In this document: positions 38,521-48,366 of the stretch, piece after piece
Layout: each line of letters opens with the position of its first letter
Position numbering within the stretch: the first letter of the stretch is position 1
Assembly (NCBI GenBank): GCA_964523565.1
Contig: CAZGAK010000006.1
Coordinates: 4,589 to 68,588, forward strand
DNA length: 64,000 bases
Direction of reading: 5' to 3'
Origin: an uncultured Syntrophaceae bacterium
GTDB lineage: Bacteria > Desulfobacterota > Syntrophia > Syntrophales > UBA6807
Notes under the pieces: model-generated
Seen by the model: only the letters and a program-made list of their open reading frames with translations
What the model was told of the DNA's origin: nothing
The model's database searches: none
Made by a program: the position numbers and the translations under genes

Positions 38521-39660
38521 CTATAGCCCCATCATCCTTCCAACGATAACCTTCATGACTTCCGTTGTCCCCGCGAAAATCGGTATAACCCGAACATCCC
38601 TTGCAAACCTGCATATGGGATATTCTTCCATATATCCGTAACCGCCGTGAAGCTGTACGCAGTGGTAGGCAACGCGATTGGCCATCTCCGGAATCCAGGC
38701 CTTGGCCATGGAGACTCGCTGGACAATATCTTTGCCGGCAATATAATCACCGATAAGAGAATCGATGAACGTTCTTCCCAGTTCAATCTCGGTGGCCATT
38801 TCCACAATCTTGAATGTATTGTGCTGTAACGAACTGACAGGCTTTCCAAATATCATTCTTTCCTTGCAGTATGTAACGGTCATATCGAGCATGGCCTCCG
38901 CCATGGACTGAGCCATAATCGATGCAATAAGCCTCTCCCCCTGGAGTTTCTGCATTAGATAATAAAAGCCTTTGCCTTCTTCACCGAGAAGATTGGAAAC
39001 AGGAACGGCGCAATCCTCAAAAATAAGCTCTGCCGTATCCTGGCTGTGAAACCCCATCTTCTTTAGATTCTGCCCCTTTGTAAACCCGGGTGTACCGTCT
39101 TCAACACATACAAGACTGATTCCCTTGGTGCCGGCCGTCGTATCAGTTTTAACGACAACAATCACCAGATCACAGTGTATTCCGATAGAGATAAATGTCT
39201 TCTGCCCGTTAATTACATATTCGTCCCCTTCTCTTATTGCTGTCGTGCGGACAGCAGCTAAATCCGAACCGGTACCGGGTTCCGTCATGGCAATAGCCGT
39301 AATAATATCTCCGGAAGCGCAACCGGGAAGCCACCTCATCTTCTGCTCTTCATTTGCGAAACTGTGGATGTAGGGAACAATTATATCGCTGTGTAATCCG
39401 GCCAAAAGACCATGAGCGCCAACATAGGTGAGCTCTTCGTTGATGATTACGGAGTATTCAAAACCCACACCTGATCCACCATATTTTTCTTCCAGCCACG
39501 GGCAGAGGAAGCCATTTTCACCCATTTTCTTCCACATTTCCTTAGGTATGATCCCGTCTTCTTCCCACTGTTCTATAAACGGTGTTACCTCTTTATGAAT
39601 AAACTTCTTAAAGGCATCGCGAAAAATATCATGTTCTTCACTGAATAACTCTCTTCTCAT
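38521..39660 (-). CDS. Acyl-CoA dehydrogenase (LCAD-like)
   Basis: AMTEPGTGSD, NGQKTFI, QLHGGYGY and IFAGT. Confidence 0.93.
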   Translation of the reverse strand: MRRELFSEEHDIFRDAFKKFIHKEVTPFIEQWEEDGIIPKEMWKKMGENGFLCPWLEEKYGGSGVGFEYSVIINEELTYVGAHGLLAGLHSDIIVPYIHSFANEEQKMRWLPGCASGDIITAIAMTEPGTGSDLAAVRTTAIREGDEYVINGQKTFISIGIHCDLVIVVVKTDTTAGTKGISLVCVEDGTPGFTKGQNLKKMGFHSQDTAELIFEDCAVPVSNLLGEEGKGFYYLMQKLQGERLIASIMAQSMAEAMLDMTVTYCKERMIFGKPVSSLQHNTFKIVEMATEIELGRTFIDSLIGDYIAGKDIVQRVSMAKAWIPEMANRVAYHCVQLHGGYGYMEEYPICRFARDVRVIPIFAGTTEVMKVIVGRMMGL

Positions 39661-39692
39661 TTTTTCAGCTCCTTCTGGCGAATGTATTAAAA

Positions 39693-40913
39693 TCACACTT
39701 TAAGGATAACAGCTTCACCCTGGGCAAGCCCTCCGCAAATGGCGGCAACACCGTATCCACCTCCGCGTCTTCTAAGTTCATGGGCCAATGTCATCGTAAT
39801 TCTGGCAGCACTGGATCCTACGGGATGACCAAGAGCTATAGCGCCACCATTGACATTCGTTTTTCCCTTAAGCTCTTCCCATTTTTTCTCGTCTCCGTTG
39901 GCAAGGATTTTTGTGGAAACAAGAGGCATTGCGGCAAAGGCTTCATTAATCTCAATGAGATCCATGTCATCAATCGTCATGCCCGCAGTATCCAGAGCCT
40001 TCTGTACCGACTGTGCCGGAATCGTGCATATGTATCGTGGACCAGCGGCGGCACATACAGAGGTAACGACAGTGGCCAGTGGTTCCAGCCCCCTATTTTC
40101 TGCCTGCTCTCTCGTCATAATAAGAAGAGCGCTGGAACCGGCGCTGATGGGAGGAGCATTGCCCGCTGTTATTGTGGGACTTCCATATATCGGTTTAAGC
40201 CTTGCCAACGCTTCTATAGAAGTGTTCTCACGAATACACTCGTCCTTCTCAATAACAACCGGATCGCCTTTCCTTTGAGGAATTACGACAGGCATGAGTT
40301 CTTCTCCAATTTTTATTTTCCCGTCTAAATAGGCCTTTGCAGCAAGTTTATGACTTCTCGCTGCCCATTCATCCTGCATTTCCCTTGTTACATCATATTC
40401 AACAGCCACTTCACCTGCATCCACGGCAATTGTATTGAACCCCATGGCATCGTAGCCCAGATAAAAGAGAGGATCTATCAATTTGACATCCCCCAATCTT
40501 CTTGCCCATCTTACCCCGGGAGCCAGATGAGGACATCTGGGCATATTTTCCGATCCTACGGCCATTGCAACTTCTAATTCTCCCGCCCTGATGCCGCGTA
40601 TGCCAAGGCGTAAGGCTGTCAGAGAAGAACAGCAAGCCCTATCTATTGATAGCGAAATGTTTTCTCCTGGAAATCCAGCCAGGAGACTCGCCTGTCTCCC
40701 CGGGACATCAGTTTCCAGAGCAAATTCGGCAGGCAAACAACTGCCATAATTGATTTCGTCAACTTCCTCCGGTTTGACACCCACCCTCTCAATCACCTCT
40801 TTCATGACCATAACCCCGAGTTTGATGCTCGGTATATCCTTCATTGCACTGTCGAACCTGCTGAAGGGTGTTCTCACAGCACTTACTATAACGATATCAT
40901 CCTTGCTTTCCAT
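39693..40913 (-). CDS. Acetyl-CoA acyltransferase (canonical thiolase)
   Basis: RTPF, RACCSS nucleophile region, NEAF, GHPVG and CGG; the longer ORF start lies inside a repeat element. Confidence 0.92.
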   Translation of the reverse strand: MESKDDIVIVSAVRTPFSRFDSAMKDIPSIKLGVMVMKEVIERVGVKPEEVDEINYGSCLPAEFALETDVPGRQASLLAGFPGENISLSIDRACCSSLTALRLGIRGIRAGELEVAMAVGSENMPRCPHLAPGVRWARRLGDVKLIDPLFYLGYDAMGFNTIAVDAGEVAVEYDVTREMQDEWAARSHKLAAKAYLDGKIKIGEELMPVVIPQRKGDPVVIEKDECIRENTSIEALARLKPIYGSPTITAGNAPPISAGSSALLIMTREQAENRGLEPLATVVTSVCAAAGPRYICTIPAQSVQKALDTAGMTIDDMDLIEINEAFAAMPLVSTKILANGDEKKWEELKGKTNVNGGAIALGHPVGSSAARITMTLAHELRRRGGGYGVAAICGGLAQGEAVILKV

Positions 40914-40969
40914 ATCTTTCATATCTCCTTTTTCGGTCTCGTCACTCTCAGATTCATCACAAATGATAG

Positions 40970-41116
40970 TTAAAAGCTTTGAATAATTACAGCCCAAGTC
41001 ATTGCGAGAAGCAAAGTGACGAAGCAATCTGTTTTGTTGTCAATAAGTTATAGATTGCCGCGTCAGCCGAGGGCCGACTCGCAATGACAACACGCGGCTT
41101 TGTGCAAACCTTTAAA
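40970..41116. mobile_element. MITE/REP-like palindromic element
   Basis: GTCATTGCGAG...GCAATCT...AGATTGC...CTCGCAATGAC hairpin inside weak TIRs (TAAAAGCTTTGAATAA / TGTGCAAACCTTTAA). Confidence 0.7.
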
Positions 41117-41136
41117 GTTTACGGACAGTTATGTTT

Positions 41137-41904
41137 TTATTTTGCCTGCATCCTGATGGAACCATCGAGCCTGATCACTTCACCATTCAGCATGGGGTTC
41201 TCGATAATATGCCGGGCTAACTGAGCATATTCTGAAGGTCTCCCGAGACGTTGCGGGAAAGGAACCATTTTCCCCAGGGCATCACGCACACTTTCAGGCA
41301 ACTGAGCGAGCATAGGCGTGTCAAATATACCGGGATTGATCGTGCAACACCTGATCCCGTACTCGGCACACTCCCTGGCTACGGGGAGGGTCATACCCAC
41401 GACACCAGCCTTGGACGCACTGTACGCAGGCTGCCCAACCTGGCCATCGGTGGCAGCCGCAGAGCCGGTATTAACAATGACACCTCTTTCACCCTCATCA
41501 TTCGGGGTATTGTTTACCATCTGCTCAACAGCATATCTGATGACCCTCATCGTACCGATCAGATTTAACTGCACTACTTTCTCAAACATAGCCATAGACA
41601 TGGGGCCTTTTCTGCCTATAATCTTCTCTGCAACACCAATCCCGGCACAATTAACAACAACATTAATACTACCGAAGGTATCAACCGCCTTATTTACTCC
41701 CGCCTGAACACTCTCATCACTGGTTACATCGGTCTTAACAAACACTACATTCTCGCCAAGCTCCTTTACCAATGCTTCACCTTTGTCCGCTTGAACATCA
41801 AAGATAGCGGCGCGTCCCCCACCATCCACTATACTTCGTACACAAGCTTCTCCCAATCCCGATGCACCACCAGTTACAATTGCCATACTGTCTGCTACGT
41901 TCAT
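41137..41904 (-). CDS. SDR 3-hydroxyacyl-CoA dehydrogenase type II (HSD17B10-like)
   Basis: TGGASGLG, NCAGI, YSASK, PGIFDTPML and LNGEVIRLDG. Confidence 0.92.
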   Translation of the reverse strand: MNVADSMAIVTGGASGLGEACVRSIVDGGGRAAIFDVQADKGEALVKELGENVVFVKTDVTSDESVQAGVNKAVDTFGSINVVVNCAGIGVAEKIIGRKGPMSMAMFEKVVQLNLIGTMRVIRYAVEQMVNNTPNDEGERGVIVNTGSAAATDGQVGQPAYSASKAGVVGMTLPVARECAEYGIRCCTINPGIFDTPMLAQLPESVRDALGKMVPFPQRLGRPSEYAQLARHIIENPMLNGEVIRLDGSIRMQAK

Positions 41905-41958
41905 AAACCTCCTCCTTTATTGTTTGTATGATTTTTTATAAAAAATAAGCTCAGCTGA

Positions 41959-43149
41959 CTATACACATCCTCTCCGGCCCAATGATTCTTCTAATTCAGC
42001 CATCCCTCTTAGCTTCTCAATAACCTCTTTCAAAACTTCAGTCGTATAGTTTATCTCTTCCAGAGTATTTTCCCGCCCCAGGCTAATCCTTACAGTGCCT
42101 TTGGCTATGTTTCGCGGCACACCTAACGCAGAAATGACATGAGAGATCTCTATTGAATCGGAAGTACAGGCAGAACCGGCAGAAATTGCGATTCCCTTAT
42201 TATCCATTTCTCGAACGATAGATTCTGCTTCAATACCCTCAATAGATATGTTCAAAACATGGGGTAGCCTCTTTTCTGGATGGCCGTTTACAAGAATATC
42301 AGGGATTTCTCCCGAAATCCGCGTTTGCAGGTGGTCTCGCAATTTTCTCAAATTATCCATCTGAGAGGCACATTCTTTTTCTGCTATTTCACAGCCCTTG
42401 CCGAAACCTGCAATGGCCGCAACGTTCTCTGTTCCATGTCGGAGGCCTCTCTCCTGATGCCCTCCATACAGGATGGGATTTATCTCCGTACCCTTTCTGA
42501 TATACAGGGCACCTATGCCCTTCGGACCATACATCTTGTGGCCGGAAAGAGAAAGCAAGTCCACGTCAAGGTGATTGACGTCTACCTGAATCTTCCCGAC
42601 TGCCTGAACTGCATCGGTATGAAAAATAATTTTTCTCTCTTTCGAAATAGCCGCAATCTCCAGGAGAGGTTCAATAGTCCCTGTTTCATTGTTTGCGTGC
42701 ATGATACTGATAAGAATCGTCTTATCAGAGATCGCCTCCTTAACATCTTCAGGATCAACAAGCCCGTTTGGGTCTACCGGAAGATATGTAACTTCACAGC
42801 CTTTCCGCTCCATGTATTCACAGGTGTTCAAAACGGCATGATGCTCAATGGCAGAGGTTATGATATGATTCACTTTCTTTTCAGATGCATGCGAGACTCC
42901 CCGAATAGCAAGGTTGTCAGCCTCCGTACCGCCGCTCGTAAATACAATTTCTTCTGGCGTGGCTCCGATAAGATGGGCAACTTTTTCTCTCGCTTCATCT
43001 AACGCTTTTCTCGCATCCTGTCCAAAGGCATGTATACTGGAAGGATTGCCATAGAAATCCTTGAAGTATGGAAGCATTGTTTCCATGACCTCAGGGTGAA
43101 CAGGAGTTGTTGCACAGTGATCAAGATAAATTCGCTTTATTTCAACCAT
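41959..43149 (-). CDS. Cysteine desulfurase (IscS/NifS group I)
   Basis: YLDHCATTP, FTSGGTE, EHHAV, DAVQ, SGHK and SAGSACTS. Confidence 0.93.
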   Translation of the reverse strand: MVEIKRIYLDHCATTPVHPEVMETMLPYFKDFYGNPSSIHAFGQDARKALDEAREKVAHLIGATPEEIVFTSGGTEADNLAIRGVSHASEKKVNHIITSAIEHHAVLNTCEYMERKGCEVTYLPVDPNGLVDPEDVKEAISDKTILISIMHANNETGTIEPLLEIAAISKERKIIFHTDAVQAVGKIQVDVNHLDVDLLSLSGHKMYGPKGIGALYIRKGTEINPILYGGHQERGLRHGTENVAAIAGFGKGCEIAEKECASQMDNLRKLRDHLQTRISGEIPDILVNGHPEKRLPHVLNISIEGIEAESIVREMDNKGIAISAGSACTSDSIEISHVISALGVPRNIAKGTVRISLGRENTLEEINYTTEVLKEVIEKLRGMAELEESLGRRGCV

Positions 43150-43307
43150 TGAACCAGTAGAATTTCCCCGCTTTTAAATCCGGTTTTTCAAATCTTTCAT
43201 TACTTACAGGCGACGGCAGATGCGTCAGCTACAGCCTCTACTGTCTGCCCCGGCTCCCGGCATGAACCAATTCCGCTTTCTTATTCACGACACACGATCC
43301 ACGCCTT

Positions 43308-44111
43308 TTATCGTCCATTAAAGTCGGGTTTTCTCTTTCCCATGAAGGCGGCAACAGCTTCCATCATATCTTTTGAAGTGAAGAGTACCATATTTTTGTG
43401 CTTGGCCATCGACATGCCTTCCTGAACATTGACATATCTGCTGTAGTTGAGGACTTCTTTTGTTGATCGAACTGCGAGGGGCGCATTTTCAGCTATCCGG
43501 GATGCAAGTTTTTTTGCGCCCTCCATAAGCGCTTCTTCATCTCCATAAACCGCATTTACAAGTCCCATGCGTTCGACCTCCCTGGCAGAGAAGAACCCTG
43601 CCGTATAGGCCATTTCTCTCGCAAATCCCTGCCCGACAATAAGGGGAAGCCTCTGAAGTACTCCCATATCCGCCACAAGACCTATAGCAGCTTCTCTCAG
43701 GGAGAATGTTGCATCTTCGGTACAGAGACGAATATCACAGGCCGAAATAATATCGAGCCCACCGCCGATACACATACCGTGGACTGCCGCGATAACAGGC
43801 TTTTGACATTCCTCAAGCACATTGCAGCAGTCAAATAAATAGTGTAATTTTTCGGGGAATTCAAGGTTGCTTTTTGCCTTGCCGTCCAGACCCATGGAGG
43901 AAATGTCTTTCAAATCAAGACCGGCACAGAAGGCCTTTGCGTTACTTTTAAGAATAATCACCCTTGCCTCGTCCATCGCATTTAATTCCCTGACGGCCTC
44001 TGTAATTTCGGCCGTAAATGCCAGGCTGAGTGCATTAAGGCTTTCTGCCCTGTCAAGGGACAATGTGGCAATATTATTTTCTATTTTCAGTTCAACAAAT
44101 TTATAATCCAT
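43308..44111 (-). CDS. Crotonase-family protein, dienoyl-CoA isomerase (ECH1)-like
   Basis: FCAGLDL, GGGLD and E..IGLVADMGVLQRLP, as in Delta3,5-Delta2,4-dienoyl-CoA isomerases. Confidence 0.85.
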   Translation of the reverse strand: MDYKFVELKIENNIATLSLDRAESLNALSLAFTAEITEAVRELNAMDEARVIILKSNAKAFCAGLDLKDISSMGLDGKAKSNLEFPEKLHYLFDCCNVLEECQKPVIAAVHGMCIGGGLDIISACDIRLCTEDATFSLREAAIGLVADMGVLQRLPLIVGQGFAREMAYTAGFFSAREVERMGLVNAVYGDEEALMEGAKKLASRIAENAPLAVRSTKEVLNYSRYVNVQEGMSMAKHKNMVLFTSKDMMEAVAAFMGKRKPDFNGR

Positions 44112-44137
44112 CCTTTCACCCCTTATAAATTCTGATT

Positions 44138-45136
44138 TCACCCAAGCGTTTCTCCAAGGGCCAACCGACATAAATCGCTTATCATGTAAGTCTTCAATCC
44201 CGCTTCGTCACATTCATATGAGAGCGCATCCAGGCACATGGGACAGAGGAAGATCATCGCCTCGGCATCGTTATACTTTGCATCCTGGATATTTATATCC
44301 TGATACTCCGGAAACTTGGTACCCCGCCTTAAAATGCCTTTCAAATCCTGTCCACAGCATAAGGAATCCAGTCTGTCATATTTCCTCGCTACTCTTTCTA
44401 CACCGATCAACTTGAAAATTTCATCCAGCATCGGTTCCTTCCATGGCGTTAACCTGGAGGCACACGGTCTTTGATAGGCTACTTTCATATTTAAAAACTT
44501 AACATCTTTTTTATGGTTTTTTAGATAATTTAAGAGGTATTCGAAGATATGAATCGGCTTGAAAGTAAGTTCAATACCGTACTTTGGAGCAATACCAGCC
44601 ATAAGAGAATAACAATCATCATGCATAAAGATAATCTCATCGACACCTAAGGACGCATATTTATTCACTAATAACTGGGTACCTTCACGCATAATCGTTT
44701 CATTGCCCAGATGCGGGAAAATGACGTTGCAGAAAAAGTGACGCCCTTTAACGACGCTTAGTCCGTCAAACAGCTTTCCTTGAATGGGAAAAGGCATATT
44801 TGATCCAATGGTGCAGAGAGATATTACAGGCTCCCTCACTTCAGGGGGTTTAAACTCTCCTTTCGGTGCAAAGTTCTTCTGAAAAGCAGACAGTATTTTC
44901 GGATTTGTGTAGTCACCCAATTCCTCCAATCTCTCAAGAATCAAGTCAAACGGTTTCGCTCCTTTTGTACAGTATTCGTTGCAGGCAAAACAGGTGATAC
45001 ATTCTCTTAGCCAGTCTACCCTTTCACCATTAACCAGTCGTTCAAACTCACGGGCACCTTCCTCCTGATCAAAATCGATATACATGCATTTTGCCAGACA
45101 ATCGCCACAAAAATCGCATTTCAATTCATGAAACAT
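44138..45136 (-). CDS. Fe-S oxidoreductase with two [4Fe-4S] motifs and a CCG (cysteine-rich) domain
   Basis: CDFCGDCLAKC, CITCFACNEYC, YQRPC, LCCG and CPMC. Confidence 0.85.
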   Translation of the reverse strand: MFHELKCDFCGDCLAKCMYIDFDQEEGAREFERLVNGERVDWLRECITCFACNEYCTKGAKPFDLILERLEELGDYTNPKILSAFQKNFAPKGEFKPPEVREPVISLCTIGSNMPFPIQGKLFDGLSVVKGRHFFCNVIFPHLGNETIMREGTQLLVNKYASLGVDEIIFMHDDCYSLMAGIAPKYGIELTFKPIHIFEYLLNYLKNHKKDVKFLNMKVAYQRPCASRLTPWKEPMLDEIFKLIGVERVARKYDRLDSLCCGQDLKGILRRGTKFPEYQDINIQDAKYNDAEAMIFLCPMCLDALSYECDEAGLKTYMISDLCRLALGETLG

Positions 45137-45190
45137 CTTATACCGTCTCCTTCTATGTATTCTGGAAAGAAAAAACAATGATTCATAACT

Positions 45191-46339
45191 TTACAATCCC
45201 AAGATATCCCGGGCGATAATCATAATTTGAATTTCATCCGTTCCACCGCCTATCTGCTGTAATTTCGCATCGCGCATCATCCTTTCAACGGGAAATTCTT
45301 TCATATATCCGTAGCCGCCCAGGATCTGGACCGCTTCCGTCGTGATTTTCATGGCAGTTCTTGCCGTGTAGAGTTTCGCATATGAAGCTATCAAGTTCAT
45401 ATCCCTGTGTAATCCCTTATCGGCCATGGCCGCACCTTTGTATGTAATAAGGTGTGATAGTTCAATTTCCATGGCCATATCAGCAAGTTTGGCCTGAATA
45501 AGCTGAAAAGAAACAATCGGTTTACCAAACTGAACTCTCTCTTTCGCATATTTGAGTGCACATTCATAAGCTCCTCTTGATAATCCGAGCGACATGGCAC
45601 CCATGCACACCCTCTCGGTGTTCAAACCGCTCATTAAAACGAGGGCGCCACTATTTTCTTTACCGAGGAGGTTTTTTGCAGGTACCTGACAGTCTTCGAA
45701 GATCAGCTCTCCCGTGGGAGAACCGCGCCATCCCATTTTTTCAAATTTCTTTCCCCTTGAAAAGCCGGAAAACTCTTTTTCAACGATAAATGCAGACACG
45801 CCGCGGGCACCTTTTTCCATATCTGTCTTCGCATAGATGACGAAGACATCACCGACGGGCCCGTTTGATATAAAAATTTTCGAACCATTCAGAATATAAG
45901 AATCTCCCTTTTTATCCGCCCGAAGCCTCATTGACATCACATCAGATCCGGCTGACGGTTCGGTCATGGCGAGGCCCCCTACCTTTGTTCCTTCACAGAG
46001 TGGGGGCAGATACTTTTTCAACTGCTCTTCATTGGCGTTTCTCCTGATATTATCTATACAAAGACATGCATGAACCCCCCACGAAGCCGCTGTTGACAGA
46101 CAGGCGACAGAAAGTTCCTCGGTAACGATGCACATTTCGGTGTATCCCGCACCGGCACCGCCGTAATCGACGGGTGCAGTTATACCCAGCAGTCCCATGT
46201 CTCTTAATTTACTGAAACTCTCCGTGGGAAACCGTTCGTCCCTGTCAATTTCATATGCTAAAGGGGCCACCTCTTTTTCAGCAAACGTTCTTATTGTGTC
46301 CCTTAACATCTTTTGTTCTTCGGTAAATTCCAGCATCAT
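45191..46339 (-). CDS. Acyl-CoA dehydrogenase (isovaleryl-CoA dehydrogenase-like)
   Basis: GLAMTEPSAGSDVMSM, GSPTGELIFED, LMSGLNTER and QILGGYGY. Confidence 0.9.
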   Translation of the reverse strand: MMLEFTEEQKMLRDTIRTFAEKEVAPLAYEIDRDERFPTESFSKLRDMGLLGITAPVDYGGAGAGYTEMCIVTEELSVACLSTAASWGVHACLCIDNIRRNANEEQLKKYLPPLCEGTKVGGLAMTEPSAGSDVMSMRLRADKKGDSYILNGSKIFISNGPVGDVFVIYAKTDMEKGARGVSAFIVEKEFSGFSRGKKFEKMGWRGSPTGELIFEDCQVPAKNLLGKENSGALVLMSGLNTERVCMGAMSLGLSRGAYECALKYAKERVQFGKPIVSFQLIQAKLADMAMEIELSHLITYKGAAMADKGLHRDMNLIASYAKLYTARTAMKITTEAVQILGGYGYMKEFPVERMMRDAKLQQIGGGTDEIQIMIIARDILGL

Positions 46340-46464
46340 ACATGCCCTCCACGTCACAAAGCAAGAGAGAGAAGGAGTATGCCGGGGCACGCTCCATCTC
46401 TCTTCCCTTCACCGTTTTTCCTGATTAACACGACTGTTCCTAAGTACCTTTCACAGGGCCTTAA

Positions 46465-47799
46465 TTAAAATATATTCTTCCTCAGTAATCCCATCTCCCG
46501 GGCTGCCTTTGTCAGGTCGTCCCTGAAGTCGGGATGCGCTATACTGATCAACGCCTCTGCCCGTTCAGGTTCGGTTCGGCCGTAGAGATCGGCAACACCG
46601 TACTCTGTCACGACATAGCCCGTATAATGACGGGGGACAGTAACACGTGAACCCGTCGGCAAGGCAGGTACAATCCTTGACCGTGTGCCCTTTATAGCTG
46701 TTGACGGAACCAGGTTAATGGCGCGTCCGCCCGGTGACCAGAAAGCCCCGACGACAAAATCAAGCTGTCCGCCTGTACCGCTCCGCATACGGGTTCCATA
46801 TGACTCGGAGTTAATCTGTCCGCACAGGTCGATCTCCACAGACCCGTTAACCGCAACCACATTATCTTCCTGGGCTATGACCGAAATGTTATTGGCGTAA
46901 TAGGTAGATCGCCATTCACACATGGGGTTATTAGCAAGCCAATCGTAAAGTTCCTTGTCCCCCATGGTAAATGCCAGGAGAACCTTTCCCGGATTGACTT
47001 TTTTATAATTACAGGTAACGACACCTTTCTCAACCAGATCATGGATTCCCGCAGGGGCCATCTCCGTATGGATGCCCATATCTTTCAACCCTGACTCCAA
47101 GAGCAGTTTGCTGATCATCGCCGGCACGGCACCGATTCCAACCTGCAAGCAGTCTCGATCCTTGAGCAGTGTCACAACGTTTTGCGCCATTTTCATCTCT
47201 ACATCCGATGCCTGCGGCGTTGGTACCGGAGGCATGGGATTCGGATTCTCCACAAAAGCGTCAAACATGGAAACATGGAAATTCGTCTCACCAAATGTCC
47301 TCGGCATCTGTTCATTGATCTCGACGATAAGATAATCACATTGTTCCATCAATGTCGCCGTATAAAATGTATCGAGACCCAGATTTACATACCCGTGTTC
47401 ATTCGGCGGCGTGGCCTGCATGACCATCCCCATTCGACGGGGATATACGCGGGCCCGATGGGGCATCTTGATCCCGATATCCGAACTCTGGCATGGCCAG
47501 AAATTTGCCCACTCACTATCGGCCAACGCCTGCTGATGCGGCATAGGTGAATAGAATGCCGGTATCAGATTGAAGGTATCTCTGCACTCCGGTTGAAAAA
47601 TCTTGTACGGTCTCAGCACAAGTGCAAAATTGTAGTCCACATCGCTTAGTTCATCTTTCCGGTCTGCAATAGCATCCATGATCAGATTGGTTGGCTGTCC
47701 CAGACACAGCGGTGTCCAGAACCGATCACCCGATTTCACAATTTTCGCTGCTTCTTCTGCCGACATTAACTTGCTTTTGTAATATTCTTTCCAACTCAT
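46465..47799 (-). CDS. Acyl-CoA:carboxylate CoA-transferase (4-hydroxybutyrate CoA-transferase/acetyl-CoA hydrolase family)
   Basis: [27 protein letters not shown] and IAHPDFR. Confidence 0.92.
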   Translation of the reverse strand: MSWKEYYKSKLMSAEEAAKIVKSGDRFWTPLCLGQPTNLIMDAIADRKDELSDVDYNFALVLRPYKIFQPECRDTFNLIPAFYSPMPHQQALADSEWANFWPCQSSDIGIKMPHRARVYPRRMGMVMQATPPNEHGYVNLGLDTFYTATLMEQCDYLIVEINEQMPRTFGETNFHVSMFDAFVENPNPMPPVPTPQASDVEMKMAQNVVTLLKDRDCLQVGIGAVPAMISKLLLESGLKDMGIHTEMAPAGIHDLVEKGVVTCNYKKVNPGKVLLAFTMGDKELYDWLANNPMCEWRSTYYANNISVIAQEDNVVAVNGSVEIDLCGQINSESYGTRMRSGTGGQLDFVVGAFWSPGGRAINLVPSTAIKGTRSRIVPALPTGSRVTVPRHYTGYVVTEYGVADLYGRTEPERAEALISIAHPDFRDDLTKAAREMGLLRKNIF

Positions 47800-47835
47800 A
47801 CTTTACCCCCTTTTTTATTTTTCTTAAGCACCCTG

Positions 47836-47867
47836 TGTTGGATTTCGCTCTGCTCAACCTAACCTAC
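47836..47867 (-). repeat. GTAG-type REP element
   Basis: GTAGGTTAGGTTGAGCAGAGCGAAATCCAACA: GTAG tetranucleotide followed by an imperfect hairpin. Confidence 0.6.
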
Positions 47868-47883
47868 ATGTCTACATTTCATT

Positions 47884-48345
47884 TTAAGCCGGTTCAAAAT
47901 ACTTAATATCCAGTACATGACCCTTTCTATCGTCATTCCATACTGCCTTTACTTTCATCCCATTTTTAACTGTCTTTCTTACGAGATCAAAATCAGTAAG
48001 ATCAAAACCACCCACTAAATGGAGAAAATCTACATCAGTTCCGTCCAGTCTGATCAACGCACCTATAAAAGGTGGTTTAATAGGCTGACCAAAATAACTG
48101 TAATTAACGTAACTCCACGCGGTCAGCGTTCCTTCCTGAGCTGCTTCTACCCACTCATCGGTATCGACGAAGCAACGGGGGCAGAAGCTCCTCGCCGGCA
48201 CGAGGACCCTCCCGCATTTCGAACATTTTGTACCGTATATGATTTCATTTTCCATACCTTCGAAGAATTTAGTCCATGTCGCACCATAGGCCAATTCATA
48301 TGGAAGCCTGATCTCAGTTTTTAACGTCTTAAATTCTTTTGCCAT
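47884..48345 (-). CDS. DUF35 Zn-ribbon/OB-fold protein
   Basis: GTKCSKCG..VPARSFCPRC; follows two SCP2-type thiolase genes. Confidence 0.92.
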   Translation of the reverse strand: MAKEFKTLKTEIRLPYELAYGATWTKFFEGMENEIIYGTKCSKCGRVLVPARSFCPRCFVDTDEWVEAAQEGTLTAWSYVNYSYFGQPIKPPFIGALIRLDGTDVDFLHLVGGFDLTDFDLVRKTVKNGMKVKAVWNDDRKGHVLDIKYFEPA

Positions 48346-48366
48346 GATTCTATATCCTCCCCTTCG

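Noticed and set aside
41920-41961. TAG read-through (pyrrolysine) of the cysteine desulfurase
   Set aside because: It would add only 13 low-information residues, and no pyl genes are visible.
43204-43263. Minus-strand mini-ORF MPGAGADSRGCS(TGA)RICRRL with a CxU-like motif upstream of the cysteine desulfurase
   Set aside because: No good SD and no SECIS-like hairpin after the TGA; the region is adequately explained as an intergenic hairpin (GGCAGA/TCTGCC).
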